Notes under the pieces: generated by a model
Seen by the model: only the letters and a program-made list of their open reading frames with translations
Databases searched by the model: none
What the model was told of the DNA's origin: nothing
Source of the DNA: Raja brachyura
Taxonomy: Eukaryota
NCBI GenBank assembly: GCA_963514005.1
Contig: OY740811.1
Span: 28,086,001-28,150,000, forward strand
DNA length: 64,000 bases
Direction: 5' to 3'
Made by a program: the position numbers and the translations under genes
Shown: piece by piece, positions 63,832 to 64,000 of the stretch
How positions within the stretch are numbered: position 1 is the stretch's first letter
Layout: the number at the start of each line of letters is the position of its first letter

Positions 63832-64000
63832 ATTCTAGCTTGATGGTTTCCTTTGGGTTCAAGCAATGAAGTTCGCTATTGAAGAGATCAATAACTCTCT
63901 AACACTCTCCTACCAAATGTGACGCTGGAGTATGACATCCAGGATACATGTCTCATGTCCTCAGTTGCAATGAGCTCAGCCATTTCCTATTTACCCATGA
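63832..64000 (+). pseudogene. TAS1R3: TAS1R3-like pseudogene exon 2 (cut off by the window end)
   Basis: RF*LDGFLWVQAMKFAIEEINNS / frameshift / TLLPNVTLEYDIQDTCLMSSVAM; TAG at 63836-63838; 2-nt insertion near 63897-63900. Confidence 0.88.

Overview
Vertebrate genomic DNA, most likely from a cartilaginous fish (skate/ray/shark), inferred from the TAS1R repertoire and repeat landscape. Genes: (1) ERRFI1/MIG6 on + (coding exons 11860-11981, 12910-12995, 13568-14724; 454 aa; probable non-coding exon 1 near 5.3-5.5 kb). (2) A taste receptor type 1 cluster: an intact six-exon TAS1R1/2-clade gene on - (43219-30188, 837 aa, probably TAS1R6) head-to-head with an intact six-exon TAS1R3-clade gene on + (44594-54471, 845 aa, probably TAS1R4), sharing a 1.37-kb spacer with POU octamer motifs. 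After these come an eroded TAS1R4-like relic (~57.5-58.7 kb) and the first two exons of a disabled TAS1R3-like pseudogene (61854 to window end). The rest is dominated by CR1-type LINE fragments, plus RTEX-like and L1-clade LINE fragments, Penelope-like elements and a Harbinger MITE. The main unexpected finding is a 140-nt TSD-flanked retroposon (52218-52357, -) whose 5' end is a complete 54-nt minimal HDV/CPEB3-like ribozyme fold. It is inserted back-to-back with a Penelope-type hammerhead motif, one of more than a dozen copies in the window. All calls were made by eye; orthology and ribozyme activity are untested.
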